UHGV virus genome: UHGV-1451962
Direction: 5' to 3' (one strand)
Source: a virus
DNA: 64,000 nt
Shown here: positions 27,028 to 37,316 of the stretch, piece by piece
How positions within the stretch are numbered: the first letter of the stretch is position 1
Layout of the letters: each line of letters begins with the position of its first letter
The notes under the pieces: generated by a model
What the model was told of the DNA's origin: nothing
The model's database searches: none
The model's input: the letters and a program-made list of their open reading frames with translations, nothing else
Translations under genes and position numbers: made by a program

Positions 27028-28326
27028 ATGTATACAAGTATACCAATAGAAAATTCAGTCGAACTTATTAATATTCGAGAAGATAATCCTAATGTTTCTT
27101 ATTGTCAAATAAAAGTGTTATATGTGGGCGATAACCGCAATCATACTAGCATATCTAAAGAAGTAGCTTGGAAAATGGGTAGTAAATTACCTGGTTCGCC
27201 CATTGTTGGATATTATAATTTTGATTCTCAGGATTTTGAAGAGCATAATCGAGATATTCAAATTAATGATAATGGTACTTTTGCTTTAATTGATATGACT
27301 AAGCCTTATGGTTATATTGACTCACAAGCTAAGGTTTGGTTTCAAAAATTTCAAGATGCTGATGGAGTAATTAGAGAATATTTAATGACTGAAGGACAAA
27401 TTTGGACAGGTATTTATCCAGAAAGTCAAAGAATTATAGAGAAAGGTAATAATCAATCTATGGAATTAGGAAAAGTTCAAGGTTCTTGGACAGGAAGTAA
27501 CAATTCTAATGAGAGATTCTTTATTATCAATGAAGCGGTAATTGATAAACTCTGTATTTTAGGCGAAAATTTTGAACCTTGTTTTGAAGGTGCTCAAATA
27601 ATGTCAGAGTTTGCTTTAGGTCAAATTACGCAATTACGACAAAATATATATACATTACTTGATAATATAAAAGGAGGTCTGGCAAATCAAATGGCTGAGA
27701 ACAAGAATTTAAATAATGAGCCTGAGAATCAGATTGTTGAACCTGATAACTCTTATGCTAAAAATAAAGAGAACGAAGAGCCTGAGAAGAACCAGGATCA
27801 GAATAAAACTACTAATGAACCTGATGATTCTAAGAAAAATCAAAAGTCTGAGGACAATTCTGAGCAAGAAAATAAGGATGAAAATGAGGATAAGAAGAAG
27901 AAGGAATATAACTTATCTGAAATTACAGAATATGTTGAGCTAAAAGCTAAATATGATAATCTTGCTACAGATTTTGCAGTTTTAAAGAAAACAAATGAAG
28001 ATTTAACTGCTGAAATTGAGCCTTTAAGAGATTTTAAGCTTAAAGCTGACAGAAAGAGTAAGGAAGATATTATTAGTAAATTCTTTATGCTTTCTGACGA
28101 AGATAAGAAGGATGTTTCTGAAAATATTGATAAATATAGTTTAGAAGATATTGAATCTAAGTTATCTGTTATTGCTTTCCGCAAGAAAGTTAATTTTGAT
28201 TTAGATCCTGACAATGCTTCTAAAAAAGATGATTCTGCTCCTACTAGCTTTAATTTAAATAATATTGCTAAGCAGGAAGATACTAATGCTTTACCTGATT
28301 GGGTGAAAGCTGTAAAAGGAATGTAA
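27028..28326 (+). CDS. scaffold-like / prohead assembly protein
   Basis: 432 aa; globular N-terminal ~200 aa followed by a highly charged low-complexity region (EPENQ..., KKKKEY...). Confidence 0.4.
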   Translation: MYTSIPIENSVELINIREDNPNVSYCQIKVLYVGDNRNHTSISKEVAWKMGSKLPGSPIVGYYNFDSQDFEEHNRDIQINDNGTFALIDMTKPYGYIDSQAKVWFQKFQDADGVIREYLMTEGQIWTGIYPESQRIIEKGNNQSMELGKVQGSWTGSNNSNERFFIINEAVIDKLCILGENFEPCFEGAQIMSEFALGQITQLRQNIYTLLDNIKGGLANQMAENKNLNNEPENQIVEPDNSYAKNKENEEPEKNQDQNKTTNEPDDSKKNQKSEDNSEQENKDENEDKKKKEYNLSEITEYVELKAKYDNLATDFAVLKKTNEDLTAEIEPLRDFKLKADRKSKEDIISKFFMLSDEDKKDVSENIDKYSLEDIESKLSVIAFRKKVNFDLDPDNASKKDDSAPTSFNLNNIAKQEDTNALPDWVKAVKGM

Positions 28327-28343
28327 TAAGGAGGATATAACAA

Positions 28344-29006
28344 ATGGCAATTAAAAGATTAAGCGGTGCTCAGTTTGTTAAGCGTGGTTATAGCCAGGTT
28401 GAGCCTAACCATTTATCTGCTCAGCGCACTGGTCAGATTTACGCGCAGCTTCCCGCTAAGAGAGATATTGAAGTTTTGGAAAATGGCCAGTTTGTGAAGT
28501 ATGACTATGTGAATAAAGAAGTTAATTTCACTGGTAAGGGCGAATGGATGATGGTCTTTAATGAAGTTAAGACTTACAGAGACCGTGAGACTTATGAAGA
28601 TTTTGCTATGATTAAGCAGAATTATAATGCTCGTGTTTATAGTCCTGTTGGTCAGAGTAATTCTGATTTAAAACATGTGATGGATTATAGTAAGGCTGCT
28701 TTCCGTGAGGGTTCCAGCGAGGGCTTTACTTGGGATATTCCTAAGTTAAGTTATCCTCAGAATATGGCTGATGGCACTACTATGGTTCCTCGTGTTATCA
28801 AGACTAATATCGGCGATATTTATACTACCAATGGTGTTGATGAAACTAGCCTACAAGAGGGCGATGAATTAGCTCCTAACGAGAAGGGCTTTTTGGATAA
28901 GGCTTCTGCTGCTTCTGCCGGTGCTGGCGATATGAAGTGGATTGTTGTTAAGGTTTATACTTTAGCCGATAATCAGCCCGCAGTTAAATTACAGCGTATT
29001 GCTTGA
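28344..29006 (+). CDS. head protein (decoration or minor capsid candidate)
   Basis: 220 aa, strong RBS, between scaffold-like and capsid-like genes. Confidence 0.35.
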   Translation: MAIKRLSGAQFVKRGYSQVEPNHLSAQRTGQIYAQLPAKRDIEVLENGQFVKYDYVNKEVNFTGKGEWMMVFNEVKTYRDRETYEDFAMIKQNYNARVYSPVGQSNSDLKHVMDYSKAAFREGSSEGFTWDIPKLSYPQNMADGTTMVPRVIKTNIGDIYTTNGVDETSLQEGDELAPNEKGFLDKASAASAGAGDMKWIVVKVYTLADNQPAVKLQRIA

Positions 29007-29024
29007 TGAAAGGAGAAAGTGTAA

Positions 29025-30062
29025 ATGTTACAGAAGAATGATCTTTTAGCTTTAATGAAGGCTGTTGCTAAGAGTGAGCCTTCAAAGACTTATAGTTTTC
29101 AAAAAGTTTCTATGACTTATGAAGAAATGAATAATACTTTGCGTGATGAGCTAAATGCTCTTGCTGGTACTTATTCTTTATATCGTGAAAATAAGAATTT
29201 AATTTTCTCTTTATTAGAAGAGACTATGAATGAAGTTCTTCCTGTTCGTGTTTTAGAGCGCTATGGTCAATTTGCTGAGTCTAAGACTTTTAAACAGGGT
29301 GATCGTCCTGTCTTTACTCGTAAGATGGGTACCATGAGAGCTAAGCAGTTTGTTACTCGTGTTGGTCTGGCTGCCGTGTATGAAGTCTTTAAGCTTGGCC
29401 AAGAGAGCTTTGAAGTTCAGACAAGTGCTATCGGCGGAGCTGCTCAGATCGGTTTTGAGGAATTTTTGGATGGTCGTGCTGATTTTGCAGAGCTAACTAA
29501 TATTATTATGGAAGGCATGGATGAGCTGATTTATCGTGAGATTGCCGCGGCTTTAATGGCTTCTATTTCTCAGCTGCCTCAAGCCAATACCGTTCAGACT
29601 AATGGTTTTAATGAGGTTGGTATGGATCATTTGATTCAGACTGCTTCTGCTTATGGTAAGCCTACTATTTATTGCACTTATGAGTTCGCTGTTAAAATGA
29701 TTCCTGCTACTGGTTGGGTTTCTGATAATATGCGTGATGAAATGTGGAGCCAGGGTTATCTTGGTAATTACAAGGGTTGCCAGGTTATTGTTCTTCCTCA
29801 GTCTTTTGAGGATGAAACCAATAGCCGTAAGGTCATTGATCCTGGTTATGCTTGGGTGATTCCCGCAGGTGCAGATAGTCGTCCTGTCAAGATTGCTTTT
29901 GAGGGTGCTACTCATGTTCGTGAGCGCGAGAATGAAGATTGGTCTCGTGATATCCAGGTTTATCGTAAGGTTGGCGTGGGTGTTATGTTGACTAATAATA
30001 TTTGCTCTTATGTTGATACTACTCTTGCTGGTAAACTTGATAATAAGGTTGATCTATCTTGA
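29025..30062 (+). CDS. major capsid protein candidate
   Basis: 345 aa (typical HK97-fold size), strong RBS, followed by terminator hairpin at ~30095-30133. Confidence 0.45.
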   Translation: MLQKNDLLALMKAVAKSEPSKTYSFQKVSMTYEEMNNTLRDELNALAGTYSLYRENKNLIFSLLEETMNEVLPVRVLERYGQFAESKTFKQGDRPVFTRKMGTMRAKQFVTRVGLAAVYEVFKLGQESFEVQTSAIGGAAQIGFEEFLDGRADFAELTNIIMEGMDELIYREIAAALMASISQLPQANTVQTNGFNEVGMDHLIQTASAYGKPTIYCTYEFAVKMIPATGWVSDNMRDEMWSQGYLGNYKGCQVIVLPQSFEDETNSRKVIDPGYAWVIPAGADSRPVKIAFEGATHVRERENEDWSRDIQVYRKVGVGVMLTNNICSYVDTTLAGKLDNKVDLS

Positions 30063-30094
30063 TTATTTCTGAAAAATAAGATATAATAATAATA

Positions 30095-30133
30095 GGGGGG
30101 AAGGGGATTTTCCCTTCTTCCCTTTATTTTTTT
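30095..30133 (+). terminator. rho-independent terminator after the capsid gene
   Basis: 'ggggaaggggattttcccttcttccc' hairpin followed by 'tttatttttttg'. Confidence 0.5.
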
Positions 30134-30153
30134 GAGAAAAAGGAGAATTTATA

Positions 30154-30711
30154 ATGGAAAATTTTAATAAAGATACTATTTTACAGGTGACTAATCGTAG
30201 TAATGGTATTGTGATTTATTCTGTTCCAGATATGCATGTAAGCAGAGAGTTTAACCGCAAAGAAACTAAAAAAATTCCCTATGGTGAGCTTCTTGCTTTA
30301 GCACAGCAACCTGGAGGTAGAGAATTAATTTATAATTATTTATTTGTTCAAAATGCAGAAGCTTTAGAAAGTGCTTTAAATATTAAAGAACAACCTGAAT
30401 ATTGGTTAAAGGAAAGCGATATTCCTAAGTGGATTAACTCTTGCTCTCTTAATGAGTTCAAGGATGCTCTTGATTTTGCTCCTGAAGGAATCCTTAGTTT
30501 AATCAAGAAGTACGCAGTTGAGGTTCCTCTTAATGCCGCGGATAAAAGAGAAGCTTTAAAAGAACAGTTAAAATTTGATGTTGACAAAGCGATTATTAAT
30601 GCTTCTGTTGAAACAGAAGATGGAAAAACTGTCGCTCCTGGTCAGCAGATAGAGACAACTAAGCGTCGCTCTAATCCTACTTATAAAAAGATTGTAAAGA
30701 AAGACGAGTAA
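30154..30711 (+). CDS. hypothetical head/connector protein
   Basis: 185 aa, strong RBS. Confidence 0.4.
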   Translation: MENFNKDTILQVTNRSNGIVIYSVPDMHVSREFNRKETKKIPYGELLALAQQPGGRELIYNYLFVQNAEALESALNIKEQPEYWLKESDIPKWINSCSLNEFKDALDFAPEGILSLIKKYAVEVPLNAADKREALKEQLKFDVDKAIINASVETEDGKTVAPGQQIETTKRRSNPTYKKIVKKDE

Positions 30712-30731
30712 ATATAAAGGAGGACATTATT

Positions 30732-31226
30732 ATGTCAGATTATCCTATCATTGGGCCAAATACTACTTTTAAAGAAATTTATGATAGATTTTTTGGCAAA
30801 ATTACTGATGATATGTATGTGGAATGGACGAAAGAGGATACTGAAAAAGATGTAAAAAATATTTTAATTGACGCTATTCCTGGTTTTGAATTTCCACGTT
30901 TTCCTTTATATGATTACAATGAAGATTCTTATAATTGTCATTTAACTAGCGAGGAAATAAATATCCTTGCTATTTTAATGTATAATACTTGGCTTCAAAG
31001 ACAAGTAGCTTCTATTGAAAATACTAGGCAAAAATTTTCAGGTTCTGATTTTAAAATGACCAGTCAAGCTAATCATTTAGATAAACTTATCAAACTTAAA
31101 CAAGAAGGCGAAAGACAAGATCGCCACATGCAACGTTTATATAAACGTAGAAAAATTATTGATTCTAAGGGGTCAATTAAATCTAATTGGTCTACTCTTG
31201 CGGAGATAAGTACCTTTAATGATTAA
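30732..31226 (+). CDS. hypothetical head-tail connector protein
   Basis: 164 aa, strong RBS 'aaaggagga'. Confidence 0.4.
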   Translation: MSDYPIIGPNTTFKEIYDRFFGKITDDMYVEWTKEDTEKDVKNILIDAIPGFEFPRFPLYDYNEDSYNCHLTSEEINILAILMYNTWLQRQVASIENTRQKFSGSDFKMTSQANHLDKLIKLKQEGERQDRHMQRLYKRRKIIDSKGSIKSNWSTLAEISTFND

Positions 31227-31524
31227 TAAATATAATTTTGAGTTTGATAAAAAAGTGATTAAAGCAGACACTCACAGATTGGTTAATCAATTATGGAAAT
31301 TAATTCCAATGAGAGAAAATAATGAACCTTGGGATACACATTTATCAGTAATGATAGAAGAAATTAGTGGATTAAATGAAATATATCAAAATCAAATTGA
31401 TTTTTTAGTTTTATTATCTAAACTTGAAGGATTAAAATCTGAAGTTTGTGATGATTTTATGATATATAGAAAAACAGTTTTTCGTTGTATAGATTTATTA
31501 GTGAGGTTAATGCCTTATGAATAA
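31219..31524 (+). CDS. hypothetical protein
   Basis: 101 aa, overlapping coupled start. Confidence 0.35.
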   Translation: MINKYNFEFDKKVIKADTHRLVNQLWKLIPMRENNEPWDTHLSVMIEEISGLNEIYQNQIDFLVLLSKLEGLKSEVCDDFMIYRKTVFRCIDLLVRLMPYE

Positions 31525-32482
31525 TTTAAAATTAATGCACAAACGTCTTGAGTATTTTGGTGGGTTAAAACAAGAAGATAGAATGATAAATGATAAGTAT
31601 AGAGCTTTCTTAAAAAGTTTATTATATTCTTATCAAGGTTGTAATGTAGAATTAGTTCAAAGATATACAGATTGCTTTGAACTAGAAGAGATTCAACCGC
31701 AATATAGAGCTTTGATTAATCCTGATAAATTAAAACAAGACTATGATGATAAAGTTCTTTCTATTGATTATAAATATAATTATGATTTAGGAGATATTTT
31801 TAAGTGGGTTGGCACTGATACTAATTGGATTATTTATTTAAGAGCCTTAACAGAGGATGCTTATTTTAGAGGTGAAATTAGGCTTTGTCGCCATAAAATA
31901 AAATTTAAGGATGAAAAAGGAAATATTTGTTCTACTTGGGCGGCGATCAGAGGCCCTGTAGAAACACAAATTGAGTCTATCCAAAAAGGACAAGTTCGAA
32001 TTGATAAACCAAATTTAAGTTTAAATATTTTATTACCTAAAAATGAACAAACTTTATTTGCTTTTGATAGATATTCAGAATTTTTATTTGCTGGAAAATG
32101 CTGGCAAGTACAAGCCCCAGATTCGATTTCAATGAAGAATATTATTGAAGTTAATGCCGAAGAATATTATATTAATAAGGAAACAGATGATAAAATAGAA
32201 GAAATTAAAAATGGTTTAGTTATAGAGCCTGTTGATCCTTCTCCTGATACAACTATAAAGGGAGAAACTTTTATTAAGCCTAATATTGCTGAAATATATG
32301 AAGCCCCAGATGTGGGAGGAAAATGGAAAGTTGTTGAAAATTATCCAGTTTGTTTAATTCCTATTGATGATTTGCGGGTTAAAGTGATTTGGCAAAAATC
32401 GGTTAGTGGACAATTTACTTTAGAATGGTATAAAGACCATATTGTAGAAACAAAAACAATAGTGGTAGAATCATTATTCTAA
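31517..32482 (+). CDS. hypothetical structural protein
   Basis: 321 aa, coupled start. Confidence 0.4.
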   Translation: MNNLKLMHKRLEYFGGLKQEDRMINDKYRAFLKSLLYSYQGCNVELVQRYTDCFELEEIQPQYRALINPDKLKQDYDDKVLSIDYKYNYDLGDIFKWVGTDTNWIIYLRALTEDAYFRGEIRLCRHKIKFKDEKGNICSTWAAIRGPVETQIESIQKGQVRIDKPNLSLNILLPKNEQTLFAFDRYSEFLFAGKCWQVQAPDSISMKNIIEVNAEEYYINKETDDKIEEIKNGLVIEPVDPSPDTTIKGETFIKPNIAEIYEAPDVGGKWKVVENYPVCLIPIDDLRVKVIWQKSVSGQFTLEWYKDHIVETKTIVVESLF

Positions 32483-32501
32483 AGTTAAAGGAGAAAAAGG
32501 A

Positions 32502-33038
32502 ATGAAAAAAAATTTATATGAATTTCCAAAGTCTAGTTTTTTGGGTATGGCCAAAGATACAGCTTTGATTATAAATAAAATTTTAACCAATAAAAATATT
32601 TTAAAATTAATTTATTATACTTCTAAAGATTGGAAAGATAAACCTGATTTAAATAGTCAACAAATAAAAGAATTATTTGAAAATAAACAAATATCTAATA
32701 TACCTAAGATTACTGTTTTTCCAGATAAAGCTACTTATCTGAGAATTAGTTATGATGATTTTGTTCCGAATGATACTAATCCTTATTATAGAAATCATAT
32801 GATAGATATTAAAATTATTTGCCATTATGATTCATGGGATTTAGGAGATTTTGAGTTAAGACCTTATCGCATAGCTGGGGAGTTAGATTCTATTTTAGAT
32901 GGACAACATTTAACTGGAATTGGAGAATTACAGTTTCTTAGTGCAGAACAAATTCTCATAGATAATGAATTTGCAGGAATTAATTTAAGATATTGGGCCG
33001 TTAGAGGTAATGAAGATAAGGTTAATCCTTTGAATTAA
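32502..33038 (+). CDS. hypothetical structural protein
   Basis: 178 aa, RBS 'aaaggagaaaaagg'. Confidence 0.4.
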   Translation: MKKNLYEFPKSSFLGMAKDTALIINKILTNKNILKLIYYTSKDWKDKPDLNSQQIKELFENKQISNIPKITVFPDKATYLRISYDDFVPNDTNPYYRNHMIDIKIICHYDSWDLGDFELRPYRIAGELDSILDGQHLTGIGELQFLSAEQILIDNEFAGINLRYWAVRGNEDKVNPLN

Positions 33039-33039
33039 T

Positions 33040-33774
33040 ATGGATATTAAATTAGCATTAATGGCAGGTGTAGATATTCCTATACCTGAGTTACAAGCAA
33101 TTATTCATCAACCGCAATTAAAAGAAATTGCGAGGATGGGTGAACAAAATTTTTTTATGGCAATTCATTATTTATGTTTAAATAAAGAAGCTTTGTTAGA
33201 GGACGAAAGTCTTTTACAGAGTTTAACAAATTTTCAAGTATTGATGAAAGTTATTGAACAATCAGAAGATGCTGAGAAGAAAATAGCTTTAATAACTTTA
33301 CTTTCTCTTTTGTTTCCAGGATTTAAACCAATAATTACTCCAAAGAGCATTATTCTTAATAATTTGCAAACAAAACAAAGCATTTTGATAGATGATAATA
33401 ATTATGTTTTTTTACAAGAAATATTAAAACAAATGTTTTGTATAAGTAGTATTTTTCAGGGAGATAATGTTGTTTATAATCCTGCGAATGAAGCTGCAAA
33501 AAAAATTGCCGATAAATTAATGAAAGGCAGAAAAAGAGTTGCAGAATTAAAGGGAAAAAATCAAGAAAGCGTGTTAAGCAGATATGTTTCTATTTTAACG
33601 ATAGGGATTTCCTCTATGTCTTTAGAAAATTGTCTGGCTTTAACAATATATCAACTATTTGATTTAGTTGAAAGATATAATCTGTTTATTGAATGGGATT
33701 TAAATTTGCGGGTTAAACTTGCAGGTGGAGACCCCAAGCAAGATGCGGAAAATTGGATGAAAAACATTCATTAA
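33040..33774 (+). CDS. hypothetical structural protein
   Basis: 244 aa. Confidence 0.4.
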   Translation: MDIKLALMAGVDIPIPELQAIIHQPQLKEIARMGEQNFFMAIHYLCLNKEALLEDESLLQSLTNFQVLMKVIEQSEDAEKKIALITLLSLLFPGFKPIITPKSIILNNLQTKQSILIDDNNYVFLQEILKQMFCISSIFQGDNVVYNPANEAAKKIADKLMKGRKRVAELKGKNQESVLSRYVSILTIGISSMSLENCLALTIYQLFDLVERYNLFIEWDLNLRVKLAGGDPKQDAENWMKNIH

Positions 33775-33795
33775 TTTATAAGGAGGAAATTAAAC

Positions 33796-34737
33796 ATGAG
33801 ATTTGGTGTACGCGAAATCTGTGATGTTGTGTTGCGTGCTAAAGCAAGACAAACTCTAGGTACTCGTACTTTTTATAAGAATGAGCCTGTTCTTTATTTT
33901 GATACTTTAAAGACTTCTAGCCTAGAAGGTCAAGCTACCACAGTTTATGCTCAAGGCGGACGTGGTAACTCTAGATTAATTGCCTGGGAAGGCGAGAAGA
34001 CTCTTACATTTACAATGGAAGATGCACTGCTTTCTCCTGAAAGTTTTGCAATTCTTTCCGGTGCTGGTTTGATGGATGCTTCTGCGGAAGCCCCTATTTA
34101 TGTTCATACTACTTCTCAAGTGCAGGTTGATGCTCAAGGCAAGTTTACTGTGGATGGTAAAATTTGTTGGAATGGCGGTCGTGCACAAGAAGGAAATAAA
34201 GAAGGAACAAATTATGACTACCATAAAGAAGCAGATGTTTTCTGCATGGCTCTTGATGATGCTGGAGAGGTTAAAGTCGAGCCTTGTGTTCCTGCTTCCA
34301 TGACTTATGATGATACTAAGAAGAAAACTACTATTGTTTGTTATGCTGATGCTGAAGGTGTTGAGAAATTAGCTGAAGGTTCTGTTGTTCTTGTTGATTA
34401 TTATGTTAAGAAGATCGGCAATGCTAAGATGATTGAGATTACTCCTGATGAATTTGCTGGTAGTTATTACCTAGAAGGTTCTACTTTATTCCGTAGAGAG
34501 TCCGATGGTGTTGACATGCCTGCTGAGTTCATCATTCCTAATGGTAAGATTCAGTCTAACTTTACTTTCTCTATGGCAAGTTCTGGCGATCCTTCTACCT
34601 TTACCTTTACTATGGATGCTTTCCCTGGATATACTAAGTTTGATCCTACTAAAAAGGTTCTTGCTGCTATTCAGGTAATTGAAGATAGCACTGGTGAAGA
34701 TACCGCTTACCGCGAGAATTGTAAGGCGACTTTTTAA
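33796..34737 (+). CDS. major tail protein candidate (possibly C-terminally extended by frameshift)
   Basis: 313 aa, strong RBS 'aaggagga'; stop codon lies in a 'tttttaa' context followed by a start-less in-frame(-1) ORF. Confidence 0.4.
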   Translation: MRFGVREICDVVLRAKARQTLGTRTFYKNEPVLYFDTLKTSSLEGQATTVYAQGGRGNSRLIAWEGEKTLTFTMEDALLSPESFAILSGAGLMDASAEAPIYVHTTSQVQVDAQGKFTVDGKICWNGGRAQEGNKEGTNYDYHKEADVFCMALDDAGEVKVEPCVPASMTYDDTKKKTTIVCYADAEGVEKLAEGSVVLVDYYVKKIGNAKMIEITPDEFAGSYYLEGSTLFRRESDGVDMPAEFIIPNGKIQSNFTFSMASSGDPSTFTFTMDAFPGYTKFDPTKKVLAAIQVIEDSTGEDTAYRENCKATF

Positions 34738-35126
34738 TTACCCCAAATAGTAACGTTAAAATTAGTCAGCTAGGGAATACCTATTCTTTAGTTGGCACTG
34801 TAGATAAAACTGATATTCCCGTAGAATATCAAGGGCTATTTGGGGATATAGCAACAGAAGATACTTTAAATAAGTATGTGCTTGTTAGATTAAATAATAT
34901 TATTCCTAAAAATGGTGCTACTATTATTCAAAAGAATGAAGCTTTAAAATATTATTATAATAAAGGTGATGTTAATATCACTGAAGTTGGTGGCATTTAT
35001 ACCAAGACTAAGGAATATGATGGAACTGATTCTGATTATGCTTTGTTAATTAAGATTGGTTCTACTGCGGAAGTTACTATTAATGATACTAAATATATTA
35101 TTGATGGTTCTAAATTAACTAATTAA
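34725..35126 (+). CDS. start-less ORF in the -1 frame: candidate frameshift extension of 33796..34737
   Basis: -1 frame is open from 34725 to 35126 with no ATG or RBS; the ORF-track version (34878) needs a GTG start without RBS. Confidence 0.35.
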   Translation, partial: GDFLITPNSNVKISQLGNTYSLVGTVDKTDIPVEYQGLFGDIATEDTLNKYVLVRLNNIIPKNGATIIQKNEALKYYYNKGDVNITEVGGIYTKTKEYDGTDSDYALLIKIGSTAEVTINDTKYIIDGSKLTN

Positions 35127-35131
35127 TAAAA

Positions 35132-35169
35132 ATAGGGAAGAGTTTTACTCTTCCCTATTTTTTGTTTTA
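35132..35169 (+). terminator. rho-independent terminator
   Basis: stem atagggaagag/ctcttccctat, loop tttt, then 'ttttttgtttt'. Confidence 0.55.
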
Positions 35170-35179
35170 AGGAGAAAAT

Positions 35180-36586
35180 ATGAGTAGTGATTTTGTTTTT
35201 GAATATGATGGAACTAGTTATCCTAATATTCATAGTAAACCTGAACATTATATAGGAGGAACTTTAATTCCTTATGCTCAAACAACAAATAAAATGGCAG
35301 CTATCAAAACAAGATACTTAAATATGATGAAAGCGCAACTCGCCAGCCAACAAACAGATGCTAAAAAGAAAGCTTTTATAGAAGGTATGGAATTAGCAAA
35401 ATTTGAAAAAATGGAAAAACAAATAGAAAATAAAATTGTTGAAGAATATAATAAAGCTGCGAGCAAATTAGGAGGAAATATTGGTGGATATAATATGGGA
35501 GTTGATGGATATGTTGCAGCTTTAAAATCAGGAGATAAAGATGGAGCAATAAAATCATTAGCTCAAATAATAGCTGTTTTTCACCAAAATAAAGATGCTG
35601 TTGCTTTATATGAAATGTTAAAAGATAATCCTCAACAAATTTATTCTGATATTTCTATAAACGAATTAATTAATGTTCAAGCTTTTATGAAAGTTATTGA
35701 AGCTGCTATGAATGGAGAAAATTATCGGAATACTCTAAATTCAATTTTAACTAAACCTTCAGAAGCTTTAGCAGCTTTAATAGGAACATATGCTGAAGCA
35801 AAAAGTGATACAGAAGTAAAAGATTTATTACTTGGTACTCAATCACAAAATATTAGAGTAAGTTTTAGTGGAGAATTTAAAGAAATTCAATCTAAATCCG
35901 CGGATATTAGTTTAGGAAATTCATATTTTTCTTATAATATGGGTGGTTCACAAGGCAGTCAAGGTATTGAGCTTTATGACACTTTTGATGTAGAAACTTT
36001 TGCTACTGTAAAGACTTATAGAACCGCGGGAGGTTTGTCTTTAACAAGTTATTCTGGAAAAAATTCTTTCTTAATTCCAGCTTTACATCAATTGTATGGT
36101 GGTGGAAACTCAATTGATTATCAAATATATAATACTTTAGCTTTTAGTGCAGGGCAAGAATCAGGAGCATTGGATACTAACTTTAGAATTATTCGGCAGG
36201 ATTTAATTGCTAAATTTGCGGAAAACTTTTTAATTGGTTTTAATACGGCTGAAGCACAAAGAGTATTAGTATATAATTTTAGAGCATATCCAGTATTAAC
36301 TATATTAGCTGATATAGTTAATGATGCTAAAAATGCGGTTAGAGAAGGAAATTTATATGGTTCTTTAAGTAGTGGTGATTTATTTAGTATTTCTTTGACT
36401 AAAAGTGCTGTTGATAATAGTTGGGTTGGTCAAAAAGATATAACAAATAAAGCAAATAAAGCTGTTCGTGTAAAAAGAGCTTATAATCAAATTAATAGTA
36501 TTGCAATGCAAGGTCATATTAGTGGTAGATATGTTAGTTCTAATTTAAGAAAATATTTAACAGCGGCGAATGGAATACCTATTTAA
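35180..36586 (+). CDS. hypothetical tail protein
   Basis: 468 aa, RBS 'aaggagaaaat'. Confidence 0.4.
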   Translation: MSSDFVFEYDGTSYPNIHSKPEHYIGGTLIPYAQTTNKMAAIKTRYLNMMKAQLASQQTDAKKKAFIEGMELAKFEKMEKQIENKIVEEYNKAASKLGGNIGGYNMGVDGYVAALKSGDKDGAIKSLAQIIAVFHQNKDAVALYEMLKDNPQQIYSDISINELINVQAFMKVIEAAMNGENYRNTLNSILTKPSEALAALIGTYAEAKSDTEVKDLLLGTQSQNIRVSFSGEFKEIQSKSADISLGNSYFSYNMGGSQGSQGIELYDTFDVETFATVKTYRTAGGLSLTSYSGKNSFLIPALHQLYGGGNSIDYQIYNTLAFSAGQESGALDTNFRIIRQDLIAKFAENFLIGFNTAEAQRVLVYNFRAYPVLTILADIVNDAKNAVREGNLYGSLSSGDLFSISLTKSAVDNSWVGQKDITNKANKAVRVKRAYNQINSIAMQGHISGRYVSSNLRKYLTAANGIPI

Positions 36587-36650
36587 AATTTGCTTTTTTG
36601 TTAAATAAGTAGTATAATAAAAATAGAAATGATAAAAAGGAGATTTAAAA

Positions 36651-37199
36651 ATGTCTAAAGTTACTTTTAGTAAAATAAATATGAAAATGAAGATGAAAGA
36701 TGAATATGCGACTATTTATCTTAATCCAGAACTTGATGAGGAATTTAAAGTAGAAGTGCGTCAATATTTACCAATTGAGCAAAAGGCAGCTTTAATTACT
36801 TTTATTGCAGAAAACGCGATTGATGAAAAGACTGGTTGCTTTAGTGAAATTAGAATTGAGACTTATTTTGCTCTTGCTATTGCTAAGTATTATGCAGGAA
36901 TTGCTTTTACTGACAAGCAAATTGAAAATGCTGCTAAAATTTATGATGTATTAGAGAGTAATGGAGTTTTTACTAGAATTATGAGTGCTATTCCTGAATC
37001 TGAGTTTAACTTTTTAACTAATGCCGTTAGTAAAACTATTGCCGATATTGCAAGATTTAATAATTCTTTTGCCGGAATGTTGAATATGATCTCTGATAAT
37101 GCGGGCGGCATGGATGAACAGTTTACTGAAATTTTAGAGAAGATTAAGAATGGTGAAGGTTTAGAGACTCTTTCTGAAATTAAGAATATTGTTGGCTAA
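36651..37199 (+). CDS. tail assembly chaperone candidate
   Basis: 182-aa acidic protein directly upstream of the tape-measure gene. Confidence 0.35.
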   Translation: MSKVTFSKINMKMKMKDEYATIYLNPELDEEFKVEVRQYLPIEQKAALITFIAENAIDEKTGCFSEIRIETYFALAIAKYYAGIAFTDKQIENAAKIYDVLESNGVFTRIMSAIPESEFNFLTNAVSKTIADIARFNNSFAGMLNMISDNAGGMDEQFTEILEKIKNGEGLETLSEIKNIVG

Positions 37200-37250
37200 A
37201 TTAAGATAATATATTTCTAATAAATATTAAAATTTTATAGAGAATTTTTT

Positions 37251-37286
37251 AAAGCTCTGAGAAATTTCTCAGAGCTTTAATTTTTT
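37251..37286 (+). terminator. perfect 28-nt palindrome plus T-run
   Basis: 'aaagctctgagaaatttctcagagcttt' followed by 'aatttttt'. Confidence 0.5.
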
Positions 37287-37316
37287 ATATGCACAAAGAG
37301 TGAAAGGAGATTAATT

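Noticed and set aside
27716-28343. ORFs 27716..27943 (+) and 27840..28343 (-) inside the scaffold-like gene
   Set aside because: They fall within the repetitive charged region of 27028..28326 and give low-complexity translations; shadow ORFs.
35278-35558. Antisense ORFs 35278..35466 and 35376..35558
   Set aside because: Hydrophobic translations from the AT-rich antisense strand of a well-supported plus-strand gene; no signals.
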